Source of the DNA: a virus | Strand: one strand, 5' to 3' | Length of the DNA: 64,000 nucleotides | IMG/VR virus record: IMGVR_UViG_3300043256_000125 | Span: 2,627-66,626 of that record | In this document: piece after piece, positions 38,543 through 48,797 of the stretch | Numbering within the stretch: position 1 is the first letter of the stretch | How the letters are laid out: the number at the start of each line of letters is the position of its first letter | Translations under genes and position numbers: made by a program | Notes under the pieces: generated by a model | Database searches by the model: none | Seen by the model: only the letters and a program-made list of their open reading frames with translations | What the model was told of the DNA's origin: nothing

Positions 38543-39040
38543 TTACTCTGGTCGTGTCTGCTCTACGTGATCGAGCGTTCGACGTTGGAACCCACATCGC
38601 TGAATGAAATCGGCCTGCGCGCTCATGTAACCATCGTAACCATCGTACGGGTGTCGATGCTCCGCCCGCCCATCGGCGTAGACCCAGCAGGTGTCGAGCG
38701 TCCGGAGCGCTTTGCCGCGATCGCCGCCTTGCGAAACAATCATAATCCAACGTGGGCCGTCTTCGCGAAAATCCACGATGCAATGCCGCGTGAGAATGGG
38801 GTCGCCACAGGGCAGAGTCGTCGCGGTCTCGCCGTCCCATGGTGCTGGGGGGCTGATGTGTTTCACGTTGCGTGGCGAGAAATGATTGGCCGCGTCAATA
38901 AACTGCTGTTGCCGAGCGTAATAGTCGTCAGTGCCGGCCGTCAATTCATCGGTCTCGACGATTCGGTCCCATTCGGCATTTACCGTAGTCAGCTCCGCAT
39001 CGGTGTACCCATCGCAATTGTCGTGGGAAAAGCTGGTCAT
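38543..39040 (-). CDS. Hypothetical protein
   Basis: ORF downstream of a strong promoter. Confidence 0.5.
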   Translation of the reverse strand: MTSFSHDNCDGYTDAELTTVNAEWDRIVETDELTAGTDDYYARQQQFIDAANHFSPRNVKHISPPAPWDGETATTLPCGDPILTRHCIVDFREDGPRWIMIVSQGGDRGKALRTLDTCWVYADGRAEHRHPYDGYDGYMSAQADFIQRCGFQRRTLDHVEQTRPE

Positions 39041-39086
39041 CGTTTCTCTCCGGTTCGGGGTTATGTTGTGTCCTTGTCATGCCCTT

Positions 39087-39114
39087 ATTATACGCTTATC
39101 GGCGGGCCCGTCAA
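39087..39114 (-). promoter_or_regulatory. Sigma70 promoter
   Basis: TTGACG-16 bp-TATAAT. Confidence 0.65.
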
Positions 39115-39575
39115 TAGGCGTGGTGTCGAATTCCGGGATTATTCTCCCGATTCCCCACCCCCGCCGTCCTAAGTCTAGGTAGCGTAGGGTGTTACGCCAC
39201 GGAAAGTATTTCCGGAATCCTGCCGGCCGAGACAATATACTGTAGGCGCATGGCGGTCTGTTGACGCCGGGGGGCCGGGGTGGTAGGGTAGGGGTATGAT
39301 CGCATTCGCCAAACCGCTGATGTGTGACTTCTCGGGAGCCGTTTGCACGGTGACCCCACTACCGCTACCGGAGCCATGCCCAGAGTGCGACCTGGATCCG
39401 GCGGCGGATCCAGACGACTTCACGATCACGTTCTCCGGGCTACCCGAAGGCTTCACGTGCGACTTTGCCGAGGCTGAGCGGCTCAAACGCGAGCTGCTGA
39501 AGCGAGAGGGCTTGCTGTAGAGGGACCGACTGAACGCTAGGACGGCCACAACTTTCACTTTGGGAGGGTGATACG

Positions 39576-40427
39576 ATGAGACGAGTGATTCTGTGTGCGG
39601 TGGTTGTGTGCTTGGTTACGGCTACGGGACGGGCGGATTTCATCCTGTCCGGTAGTGAGCACTTGGAGGTGGATTCAAGTCACAGTGTCGGTATCCTGTA
39701 CGACTCCAGTACGGCGGATGTCGTTGTAGGTGGATATGTCAAAGACGCTTACGTCAACAACGCCAGCGGCCTAATGATCTTTGCCGGAGGTGTCGGCACC
39801 GTTGAGTCCTACGACACCAGCACCGTGACCGTCTTCGGTGGGGGCATCATCGGCCTGAATGCCTACGACACCAGCAGCATGATCATCTCCGGCGGGGGCA
39901 TCCAGTCACTAAAGTCCCAAGACGCCAGCAGCGTGGACATCTCCGGCGGGGTCGTCAATCGCATGAATACTTCCAACACCAGCAGCATGATCATCTCCGG
40001 CGGAACCTTCGACATTCTGTATACCTATGATGTCAGTAACGTGGACATCTCCGGCGGGAACTTCAACGATCTGTTTGTCTACAACACCAGCAACGTAGAT
40101 ATCTCTGGCGGGGGCATCGAGAACTACCTGAAAGTCTACGGCACGAGCAGCGTCACGTTTCACGGCTACGATTTCCGTGTGACAGGTGGCCTGCGTTTGG
40201 AGGGCGACAGGGTGCTAGGTACGGGTGCCTTGACCGGCAGGTGGTTTGACAAAACACCGTGGATCGTAAACGTTTCAAGGAACGACGCCAGCGCAACAAT
40301 ACTAGTCGTTCCCGAGCCCTCAACGCTCGTCCTGTTGGCCATGGGTGCCATGGGGCTTGTCGGCTACGCTTGGCGGCAACGGAAGCGATCGCCAATCACC
40401 TCTCCCGATACGGCACCAGTTCGTTGA
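39576..40427 (+). CDS. PEP-CTERM surface protein with ~19-aa SGG repeats (moron)
   Basis: Signal peptide; repeats such as DTSSMIISGG and NTSNVDISGG; C-terminal VPEPSTLVLLAMGAMGLVGYAWRQRKR. Confidence 0.88.
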   Translation: MRRVILCAVVVCLVTATGRADFILSGSEHLEVDSSHSVGILYDSSTADVVVGGYVKDAYVNNASGLMIFAGGVGTVESYDTSTVTVFGGGIIGLNAYDTSSMIISGGGIQSLKSQDASSVDISGGVVNRMNTSNTSSMIISGGTFDILYTYDVSNVDISGGNFNDLFVYNTSNVDISGGGIENYLKVYGTSSVTFHGYDFRVTGGLRLEGDRVLGTGALTGRWFDKTPWIVNVSRNDASATILVVPEPSTLVLLAMGAMGLVGYAWRQRKRSPITSPDTAPVR

Positions 40428-40629
40428 GCTTCGCTTGGCGCTCAGTGCATCCGCCGCACGGCTTGACACCAAAGAACTTGGTCACCTTGGCGATCGTGTC
40501 GCCCAACCCGCGGCTGCGTTGAACTCGGCAGTTGCGGCGGTAGTTGCCGGGCAACAGGCGATGCTTGTCCTTGTCGCACCGTTTGCACCACCAGCCGTCG
40601 GGTGTTTGTTGAAGGTTGCAGTCGGTCAT
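40396..40629 (-). CDS. Small Cys protein (GLGD...CGGC..RQ..LN motif)
   Basis: Motif seen by eye; ATGA overlap with the upstream gene. Confidence 0.6.
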   Translation of the reverse strand: MTDCNLQQTPDGWWCKRCDKDKHRLLPGNYRRNCRVQRSRGLGDTIAKVTKFFGVKPCGGCTERQAKLNELVPYRER

Positions 40630-41927
40630 AGGGTGAACGCCCGGGGGAAGGGTGCTAATGGAGAATCGCACATGCCACCCCTGGCACGCAGATTGAACGT
40701 AAAGTCAAAGTCGTGGCAATTAAACAGGACGGAAGGATCATAGGAGAACTTGACCCGATGGAAGCTGCCACCGTGCGTCAACACTGTCCGGACCAGCGTG
40801 CCATCGATGTCGGGGTTCCTGCCTATTATCAACTTTGTCTCACTGCCAGCAGGGCAGCTCGACGACTCCGGAAACGTATATCGCCACAAACACCCCTGAC
40901 CCTCTACCGGCTGCAAGATAAACGTGCCGTTGAGTTCATCGCAGCACCCTCCCCCCTGAATGCCTTCGATGTTTACCTGTACGTCAGGCCGATCGTCGTC
41001 TTGCTGGCAGAGGCACCAATGACATGACCACGGTCTATCTGCGCATTCGGTAGTATAATCAGGCGTCAACAAGACCTTTGCACCCGCGGTGTAGTCACAG
41101 GCTAGCCCAGGGCCGCCAGATATCTTCGGAATCTCCTCCTGACTCCAATTCAGGACATCAGGGATACTGCCATAATCTTTCCGATACACCACTGCGCCGC
41201 TACCTTGCGCAACCTCAACGCGCCAAAGACTATCAGATACCGTCGTGAAGACGATGGAGATTGCCCTGTCGCACAGTTGTCCGTAGAACGCACTGTGGGA
41301 GCGCCGCCAAGTACACCTACTCACATACGGTATCCACTGTGGCGTGGTAGGATAGCAATCACAAAACTCGCAATCACCCGAAGCCAACGGCGACCGAGTT
41401 GATATGCCCTCCCATTCGATCTTGAAACAAGGGGGCGTCGGAGGCAGTACCTTGTCGCACAGGACGTTACACGGACACGGCCCATTGCCCGTGTGGCGGG
41501 TGATCGTGCAGGTTGCCGACGAGCTATCGCAGTCCGAGCCGCTCGCATAGTGGTCCAGCGAGTCGCCGACAATCGAGCAGCAATCGGGCTTTGTCGTCCC
41601 GTAGTCCTTGATCCAGATATGATCGCCCAACTCAACGCGAATCTCGTAGCGGCCTGCGCTGACTGGCTGTACCGTCAGCGTAATGTCATCAGACTCAGAG
41701 CAATCCGCACCAATGACGTTCAGGCACCTCCAGCGACACGCGAGGTTAGGGTCCTGGCGGAGATAGTACGCCCGATTCAGTGTACTGCAACTCGCGCAGC
41801 TCTCGGGATCGGTAGCCACCAGACCCGCGATGACTACCGTCCAGCAACACGGAGCTGTGCTCTCACAGTGACTGCATTCGCATTTGCATCGCTCCGGATC
41901 GCAACATTCTGGGCACGGATACGGCAT
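40626..41927 (-). CDS. Cys-rich repeat protein at the end of the tail module
   Basis: 38 Cys in 433 aa (manual count); about three repeats. Confidence 0.7.
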   Translation of the reverse strand: MPYPCPECCDPERCKCECSHCESTAPCCWTVVIAGLVATDPESCASCSTLNRAYYLRQDPNLACRWRCLNVIGADCSESDDITLTVQPVSAGRYEIRVELGDHIWIKDYGTTKPDCCSIVGDSLDHYASGSDCDSSSATCTITRHTGNGPCPCNVLCDKVLPPTPPCFKIEWEGISTRSPLASGDCEFCDCYPTTPQWIPYVSRCTWRRSHSAFYGQLCDRAISIVFTTVSDSLWRVEVAQGSGAVVYRKDYGSIPDVLNWSQEEIPKISGGPGLACDYTAGAKVLLTPDYTTECADRPWSCHWCLCQQDDDRPDVQVNIEGIQGGGCCDELNGTFILQPVEGQGCLWRYTFPESSSCPAGSETKLIIGRNPDIDGTLVRTVLTHGGSFHRVKFSYDPSVLFNCHDFDFTFNLRARGGMCDSPLAPFPRAFTL

Positions 41928-42541
41928 CAGGCACTCGCTGCACAGTCTACTTGCACCCCATCCCACCGGAACATCGGGTCGTTCCACGATGCCTGGAGTA
42001 CGGCGTTGTCATCGAGATCGCCCCAATCGTGCAATTTGAAGACCACCTCTTGTGCCTCCATCCGCAGCGCCCTTTTAATCGGCTTTGTTACCACCATATT
42101 CTTTACGGTGATATCACCGCCCGTGTAGTCGCCGTCAACATTGCACGTGATCCACAAAGCGTGAGGTTCGAGGTACTGAATTTCAAACCGTCTGTTCCGC
42201 AAGACGGCAAACCCTTGCGACCCGTTGCTGTCGGGCGACTCTAGGTCGTCACGCCCCCGGCCGCGGAAACGATAGATGTAATCGTAGACGGGGAACGTCT
42301 CGGCGTCGTAGTCAGTAACGTAGAGCGACTGGGCACTGTCCCATGGTCGCGGATACGCCATAACGCTCGTATCCTCGGAGTCCAGCGGATAGGCCAGCTC
42401 GAACATCACTTCCCGGCGTCCGCCACCACCTGGCGTGCGGAACCACCGCGCGCGGCGCACCGGGGGATTTTGCGTCCGTCGCTCTACCCAGCGGGTGGCT
42501 TCGGCGGCGCGTTGGGCGGCGTCTGGGGAGAATTGCGTCAT
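41927..42541 (-). CDS. Tail-associated protein
   Basis: Position in the tail module. Confidence 0.55.
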   Translation of the reverse strand: MTQFSPDAAQRAAEATRWVERRTQNPPVRRARWFRTPGGGGRREVMFELAYPLDSEDTSVMAYPRPWDSAQSLYVTDYDAETFPVYDYIYRFRGRGRDDLESPDSNGSQGFAVLRNRRFEIQYLEPHALWITCNVDGDYTGGDITVKNMVVTKPIKRALRMEAQEVVFKLHDWGDLDDNAVLQASWNDPMFRWDGVQVDCAASA

Positions 42542-42553
42542 TGCGGGGCCTCG

Positions 42554-43825
42554 CTATTTCGCAACCCGCGTCCAGTCTTGGTGGGCTGGTCCGTGATAGA
42601 CGTCACTGAGTTGAACCTGCTCACATTCCATCGTGCCGCCCACGGCAAATACGCCAGCCGGATCTTGAATATCGCCGCCGAAAAGTCGGATGCTGGTGCA
42701 ACCCTTGGCGCGCATGTCCCCTCTGAAATCGATCTCACCCCCATCGCTGAGGATCAGGAAGCCGACAGTCCCTGCGTGATTCCAATGGTAAGTCCCGCCG
42801 TAGACTGTGACTGCGTTGGGCGTGGCCGTACCTGCCACCGTAACGTTAGCGGCGCATTCCTTCACCAGGATGAGATTTTCCAGATCGCTGAGGCAACTAA
42901 ACACACCGCCGCCGATGGTTATCACGCCAGCGCTCTTGTGAGTGATTCCGGAACCGATGGTTACCGTGGCGTCCGTAGCCTGAGTAGTAATGAAGCCCAT
43001 GCCTGCATCGTCGAAGTTGGCCGTCTCGCCGCCGAATATCGCGATCCCCAAATCGCCTTTGTTTACGTACCACTTATTGTCGACATGCGTCCCTTTCCAG
43101 AGAATCGACGGGACACCCGCCTCTACTCGGGTGCCTGAATTCCAGATGATCAATGTCGTTTGGTTGGACCCCGTATCGAGATTGAACCGGCCGGAGCCGC
43201 TGCCACCGCCCAAACCCAGATCCGCTGCCGTAACACTGATCGCAAGGTAGGTCGGCCGGTACTCGACGTAGGGATTACTGGTGTCGTTGGAATTTGTCCT
43301 CGGAAGCCCCAAGGTTCCGGTAAACGTCTCATGCCTGGTCAGCGATGCCAGGGCCACGCCGCTCTGCGCCAATCCGTAGAGGATGCTTATCGCCGAATTC
43401 TCCAAGATCACGTCATCGCCGTTGACCGGCACGACTCCCGTAGACCAATTGGCGGCCGTGTCCCATGCGTCAGGACCGCTGTTGGGCGTGGTGTCTACCT
43501 GGACACCGATTGCCCCACTGCCTGCCGTATCCTCGGATGCCGTCACGATGAACGGGATGCCCTCCGTCTCCGATGTCAATGTAATATCCGGGCTGTTATC
43601 GCCCGCATCCTGCTCGGCTATTTCGGGGGCCGCCGAAGCATTCCACGCAGCGACCAGCCCCGCCACCACCGCCGCTATCGTCTCTGTGGCGGCCACGGTA
43701 AACGTCACCGATGCCGAGCCACAGGTCAGCGTGCCCGTATCGCCAGTGGCCCACGTACCGGTAACCGTGAGCGTCGATACCTCTTTCACGGCCGGCGCGT
43801 TTCCTTCCCATGCTACAATTGCCAT
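42554..43825 (-). CDS. Tail-associated structural protein
   Basis: Thr/Gly-rich; W.TAANWS.G.VP..GDDVI motif. Confidence 0.6.
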   Translation of the reverse strand: MAIVAWEGNAPAVKEVSTLTVTGTWATGDTGTLTCGSASVTFTVAATETIAAVVAGLVAAWNASAAPEIAEQDAGDNSPDITLTSETEGIPFIVTASEDTAGSGAIGVQVDTTPNSGPDAWDTAANWSTGVVPVNGDDVILENSAISILYGLAQSGVALASLTRHETFTGTLGLPRTNSNDTSNPYVEYRPTYLAISVTAADLGLGGGSGSGRFNLDTGSNQTTLIIWNSGTRVEAGVPSILWKGTHVDNKWYVNKGDLGIAIFGGETANFDDAGMGFITTQATDATVTIGSGITHKSAGVITIGGGVFSCLSDLENLILVKECAANVTVAGTATPNAVTVYGGTYHWNHAGTVGFLILSDGGEIDFRGDMRAKGCTSIRLFGGDIQDPAGVFAVGGTMECEQVQLSDVYHGPAHQDWTRVAK

Positions 43826-43829
43826 ATCC

Positions 43830-44195
43830 TCAATCCTCGTAGAGTCGTGCGTCTAATTTACAGCTCGCCGTGTCGGCTTTGGCTTTCAGGACCACGCCGG
43901 GGAAGACGCGGAACCACGCGGGTTTACCAGGCATGATCTTGCCGCACCGAACCATGCCGGTACTATCCGGCCCCCACTCGATGAAGTTCGTATTGTCCAG
44001 GTTCACCATGAACAGGATCCCTTCGGTGGTCACGTCGCCGAAGACAATGGTTTCCTCGCTGGTGCCGATTACCTGCACGTAACCACCACGGCCAGGGTTG
44101 TTTTGGGTGATATCGATCTGCCCGCCCTGCCAGTTGTCCTTGAAGTTGCCGTTCTCCACCCGGAACGACAGTCGTAACTTGATTTCGTTTGCCAT
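43830..44195 (-). CDS. Tail-associated protein
   Basis: Position; SD. Confidence 0.55.
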   Translation of the reverse strand: MANEIKLRLSFRVENGNFKDNWQGGQIDITQNNPGRGGYVQVIGTSEETIVFGDVTTEGILFMVNLDNTNFIEWGPDSTGMVRCGKIMPGKPAWFRVFPGVVLKAKADTASCKLDARLYED

Positions 44196-44198
44196 GGG

Positions 44199-45110
44199 TT
44201 ACTCCGGTGGTATGACTGCCGAACAGCCCGGCAAGATGGTGAAGTCTTTTTCTTTGAAGAGTGGTACACGGATCAAATCCGCGTTATCTGGTGTCGGTTT
44301 GATGATCTGGAACCCATTGATGTCTAGCGGAACGGGGATCACGACCGGGTTTCCCTCGCCGTCGACGCATGGGATAGCGGCCCCGTCCGGATTGAACGCA
44401 TCTTGTTGGTAGAAGTCTCGATTGAGGATATCCGGGTCCCACGTCTCGTCATCGTCTTCGCCGGCTTCCTTTTCGTCCTTCAGATGTAGCACGAGGCCAA
44501 ACGGGCGGTAGAGAGTATCGTTGCGTTCCTGCCACTCCCCAATCCTAATAGATTGCACTTTCGCCTTGCGTTTCGATACCGTCTCGCCGTCGACCTCAAA
44601 CGCGGCTTTGTTGATCGCGTTCTTATATTTGCGTACCCATGATGGAATCCCAGGGGCGTTGTATCTGATGTTCACGGCCCATCGCGGATCATCGTCCTCG
44701 ATCGGTGGATCGAAATAGTTGGCGGCCCCCGTCAGGATCGCTGCGCCATGTCGGTTCTTGTAATATGCCCGTTGGTATTGATCCGTATTCCACGTAATCA
44801 CCACGGGGTCATCCAGTGGGTTTTCCTCGGCCTCGAATTCGGTTGAATAGCCGGCCGTGACGAGCCACACTCTCTTGGAAAACGATTCGTTGCGCGCCCG
44901 AACACGCCGACACGAGGCGAGGATATTTTCGTCATAAGGCTGCCCGATACGCGGGCAGTCCGGGTGGGCCTTGACCGTGACTGCCTCGTCGGTGTTCAGG
45001 GTGGTGACAGCAATGAAGGTTCGCGTGTATCGCGAGATCGTCTTTCCGCCGGATACTTCGGTAGCCCCGTCGCGCCCGCGGTGGATCTCTTTGAATGTGT
45101 CTACGGACAT
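44199..45110 (-). CDS. Distal tail/tail-tip protein (putative)
   Basis: Immediately after the tape measure gene. Confidence 0.55.
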   Translation of the reverse strand: MSVDTFKEIHRGRDGATEVSGGKTISRYTRTFIAVTTLNTDEAVTVKAHPDCPRIGQPYDENILASCRRVRARNESFSKRVWLVTAGYSTEFEAEENPLDDPVVITWNTDQYQRAYYKNRHGAAILTGAANYFDPPIEDDDPRWAVNIRYNAPGIPSWVRKYKNAINKAAFEVDGETVSKRKAKVQSIRIGEWQERNDTLYRPFGLVLHLKDEKEAGEDDDETWDPDILNRDFYQQDAFNPDGAAIPCVDGEGNPVVIPVPLDINGFQIIKPTPDNADLIRVPLFKEKDFTILPGCSAVIPPE

Positions 45111-47260
45111 CAGCCGGGGATCTCCTGGAAGGGTTCAGGTGTCTGATCCCGCATTTCCTCTAACGTAAGGAACATCGCGGCCGTGTTCTTCGCCGTGTCT
45201 CCGGTGTTCTTCTCGACTGTCTTCTGACCGCCCCTGGATGCTGCCATAATGGCGCTGAACGCCGCGCTTGACCCTTTCTCAAGAGCAGCCGCGCCACCGC
45301 CTTCTTCGGATGGTTGCGCCTCTCGTAGTTCATCAATTTGCTCCTGCAACGCACGCTTGCGAATCGCAGCATCAATACTCCCGCCTTGAAACAACCTACC
45401 AATTCGGGCCGCCTCTTGGCTGGCCCGCTCGACTGGCGTTCTCAACCGTTCAGAGAGTGCTTCACCGATCTTATCAAGCTTCGCCTGTTTTTTCAGCCTG
45501 GCGATCTGCTCTTGTAGTTTGCCGATCTGGGCCACTTCCTCCGGTGTCGCCGCCCCGGTTTCCTGAAGCCTTCGCAAGGCTTGCTGCGCTTCGGTGATCC
45601 CGGTCGTCAATCGTGCAAACTCGTCTCGGAGGGCCCGGATTTGCCCGAGCGGATCACCTCGCTCTCTCGCGGAAATCTGCCTGGTTAAGCGGGTCATTTC
45701 GGCCGCCTGTTTGCCCGAGATCTCACCAGTCACAAAGAGGCGAATGATCTCCTGTCTCGTTGTGCTCGCTCCACGCTTGAGCAAAAACAGCTTTCGCCTG
45801 AGATCGTCAATCTTTTTCTCGGGATCAGTGGCCATCGCGAGCGGGCCAGCCCCCGCTTTCTGTTCGGCCTCTTCCTCTTTCGCGGCGGCTCTTGCCCGAA
45901 GGCGGGCCGCCTTGTCCAGCCGCCTTTGCGCCCTTGCTATCTTTTCCTCTTGGGCAGCTAAATCGGGAGCGCCGGGTAATACTCTCGCGATCGCACCGGC
46001 AACGGTGCCGGTAGGATCAAGCGCAATATCCTGTACGGCATCGGCCACTTCTCCGAAGGCGGATGCCAGGGAAGTGAGTCCAGCGATAGCGTCACCGATG
46101 CCCGACATGATCACTTTCAACCCGGGGCCGAACCCTTTTGATAGCGCAGCGCTCGCGTCGTCGATTGCAGCCTTCAGTATTTTCCACCCATCCTGGAATG
46201 GCGTGAGGATGTTGCCGGACACCTTGTCGACTGTACCGGCGGCGTTGTTAAGTATCTCAATGAATTCTCCAAGCCGTCCCGACGTGCCTAGAAACGCATT
46301 AGCCAACGCCACAGTCTTCTTTGTGAATCCAAGCGTCATAAGCTCTAGTGTTCTCTGTTCAGCATTCATCCCCCTGAACCGATCCTCAAGTTGGACGAGG
46401 ATGTTAACCATCTTTGTCATTTCGCCAGTGCTCTTATCGAACACCTCAATACCAGCCTTCTCAAATGCACCCTTAAATTTAACGGCTTGAATCTGAAGTA
46501 GGTTGAACATCCTGGCAATAGCTGTGCCCGCCTCCTCACCCACGATCATCTTTTCCGCGAGGACGGCTAGAAGCGCAACAGTCTCTTCGATGCTGGCACC
46601 AGCAACGCGGGCGGCATTAGCAGCGTCGTTACCCAAGGCTACGGCAAACTGTTCTGTTGATGCCTGTGCCAGTTTATTTGCTTTCACCAAAACGTCGGTT
46701 ACCCGCGTTAGGTTTTTCAAGTTTTGCGCAGCATCGTCACTCTTTAGCCCCATTGCCGCCTGGGCCCCTGTCGCCAACTCTGTGGCCCGCGCTAGATCAA
46801 AATTGCCTGCCTGTGCAAATTTCGCCACCTGCGGCAACGCGCCAAGTGCTTGTTTAGCTTTGAGCCCAGCAGAAAACAGAAAGAAGTATGCTTCCGCAGC
46901 CTCGGTGGCCGAGAATCGCGTGGCCCTGGCCACCTCAAACGCCGTATCCCGCAGGTTTTCTCGCATGGACTCGCCGACATCGTCCATGATCGCCAAAGAT
47001 TGACGCATCTTGCGATTGAATTCCTCGCCGCCGGCAGCGAGCCTCACAAACCCGAATCCGGCCGCAAGCGGAAGTAGGGAAGCGACTAGCAAACGAGCGC
47101 CGGCCGCCGCCGTGGCAAAGCCGCCGGCCATTTGTGCCCCCATCCGTGATGTAGCCGGGCCCATCGCGAGAACTTGCCCCCGGGCCACGCGCATGCGCTT
47201 ATCAAACTGCGTCGTCTGCGCACCCAGCAGGATCACAAGATCACCGATTGCCGTTGCCAC
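45110..47260 (-). CDS. Tail tape measure protein (TP901 family)
   Basis: TRFSATEAAEAYFFL.SAGL...LPQV..FA.AG...LA.A motif; Ala-rich helical composition. Confidence 0.9.
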   Translation of the reverse strand: MATAIGDLVILLGAQTTQFDKRMRVARGQVLAMGPATSRMGAQMAGGFATAAAGARLLVASLLPLAAGFGFVRLAAGGEEFNRKMRQSLAIMDDVGESMRENLRDTAFEVARATRFSATEAAEAYFFLFSAGLKAKQALGALPQVAKFAQAGNFDLARATELATGAQAAMGLKSDDAAQNLKNLTRVTDVLVKANKLAQASTEQFAVALGNDAANAARVAGASIEETVALLAVLAEKMIVGEEAGTAIARMFNLLQIQAVKFKGAFEKAGIEVFDKSTGEMTKMVNILVQLEDRFRGMNAEQRTLELMTLGFTKKTVALANAFLGTSGRLGEFIEILNNAAGTVDKVSGNILTPFQDGWKILKAAIDDASAALSKGFGPGLKVIMSGIGDAIAGLTSLASAFGEVADAVQDIALDPTGTVAGAIARVLPGAPDLAAQEEKIARAQRRLDKAARLRARAAAKEEEAEQKAGAGPLAMATDPEKKIDDLRRKLFLLKRGASTTRQEIIRLFVTGEISGKQAAEMTRLTRQISARERGDPLGQIRALRDEFARLTTGITEAQQALRRLQETGAATPEEVAQIGKLQEQIARLKKQAKLDKIGEALSERLRTPVERASQEAARIGRLFQGGSIDAAIRKRALQEQIDELREAQPSEEGGGAAALEKGSSAAFSAIMAASRGGQKTVEKNTGDTAKNTAAMFLTLEEMRDQTPEPFQEIPG

Positions 47261-47261
47261 G

Positions 47262-47977
47262 TTACGCGCTCCGCCTTGCTTGGCTGTATGCCTGGCCGAC
47301 CACCTTGGCGCTGTCTGCCGGGGATAACACCTCGGATTTCTTTTCCATCAACACATCGAACACATCGGGGTCTACCGCTTCGCTGCTATGGGCACTACAC
47401 AACAACGCGAATCCATGCTTTACAATCGAGATCAGCCGATCCCATGGGTCGGGCTCGATCGAACGATAGGCAATCCACTCGTCGAACTGCTCGGGTGAAA
47501 GCTCATCGAGCATCGCATCGACATCCAGCGTCCCGACTACTCGCTCGGCGAATCGGAAGGCAAGGAATCGACGGTGGTCTCGCTTGAGTTTTTTACCAGG
47601 CTCTCGATGTCGTCGCGGCTCAACCCGCAGTGATTCGCGCACTCTTCATACAAAAACCCGGTGTCCGCGCCGTCGTAGTTGTCAAAGACGTAGGTGTCTT
47701 TCGGGCCGAACAGCCGGTTGCCCGCCCGATCAACCAGGCATCGAACGAGTAACCGCCGGCTGGCGTCCTCCATCCGAGATTTCTTTACCCCGGTCCCTCG
47801 TGAACTCCACACCTCACTTTGATACTGCTGCGTTTCGAGCTCGGTTAGCGACTGAATGCGAACCCTCACGCCGCACACCGGCATCGGGTCCAGCGTCTTG
47901 TATCGCCGCGTGGGTTTCAGACCGATCTCGCGTAGCTGGTCCGCACTGGCAATTCCGTTTTTCTCGCTCATGGTCAT
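47262..47977 (-). CDS. Tail assembly chaperone pair (G/GT) with -1 programmed frameshift
   Basis: A AAA AAC slippery site at 47588-47594 joins ORF 47537..47977 to the -1 frame (KKLKRDHRR...) ending at 47262. Confidence 0.8.
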
Positions 47978-48342
47978 TCGTCCTCGACAATAATGATGGG
48001 GGAATCTTCCTTACGCTGCTGCCATTCAGCTTCCTCAAAGTTCGGGCCCGGCTTCCACGTCCCATCGGGGTTGTAGCCGACCATCAACCCGTCGGCGTAC
48101 GCCTGGAAATCGTCGGGAATGATCCCGGCCTCGGTCCGGTCGTAATAGAACTGGGCCCTCTCCATCTGCTCGGGCGTCGGGTCGGCCTTGGCCTTGCACT
48201 CGTCGTCGGCTGGTTCGGCCACGCCGCGTAGCACCAGCGCGTACGCCTTGGGGTGATCGATCACCGTGCCTTTTGGATGCGTGTTGTCCGGGTACATATC
48301 CGGTACCGAACACGGCATGGGCCGCAATAGTTTGCACTTCAT
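47974..48342 (-). CDS. Hypothetical protein
   Basis: ORF between tail tube and chaperone genes. Confidence 0.55.
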   Translation of the reverse strand: MKCKLLRPMPCSVPDMYPDNTHPKGTVIDHPKAYALVLRGVAEPADDECKAKADPTPEQMERAQFYYDRTEAGIIPDDFQAYADGLMVGYNPDGTWKPGPNFEEAEWQQRKEDSPIIIVEDE

Positions 48343-48361
48343 CGTTGGGGGTATCCTTTGG

Positions 48362-48775
48362 TTAGGTGGCGAACGTCGGGATTCCATCAAGCTTGACGGA
48401 AAAGTTCGCCTTCAATCCGTCGTTGAGCGCCACAGTTCCGCCCATGCCGAGACCTGCGCCGCTGAAGGTCCAGCGGGCCGTACCGGTGTTCGTGAAACTG
48501 ATTCGCCAGTTGTTTTTGGCGGGCGTGGTCAATAGGGTTGTCAACTCGATGTGCCCAGCCAGGCCGGGGTCGTAGAACAGCTCGCCGGACATCGAGCCAC
48601 CCTCGGTTCGCCCGGTCGGCTCGTACGGGATGCCGGTGCCTGCATCCAACGTGCCCGCGTCGTAGGTCTCGCTCTCCATGTCGGGCAGATCGATGGATAT
48701 CACTTGAGCCACAGCCAGGTACGTGGTGGCCACATCCTGCGCAATTACCGTGCCCTTGCATTGATGTTTGGCCAT
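48362..48775 (-). CDS. Major tail tube protein, copy 2
   Basis: I..PDMESETYD..TLD...GR.EGGSMSGELFYDP...W.F.G...A.FSVKL.G.P pattern. Confidence 0.8.
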   Translation of the reverse strand: MAKHQCKGTVIAQDVATTYLAVAQVISIDLPDMESETYDAGTLDAGTGIPYEPTGRTEGGSMSGELFYDPGLAGHIELTTLLTTPAKNNWRISFTNTGTARWTFSGAGLGMGGTVALNDGLKANFSVKLDGIPTFAT

Positions 48776-48797
48776 CTTGATCTACTCCATGTCGTGT

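Noticed and set aside
47588-47594. Frameshift in the tail chaperone as a novelty
   Set aside because: Standard G/GT programmed -1 frameshift of long-tailed phages.
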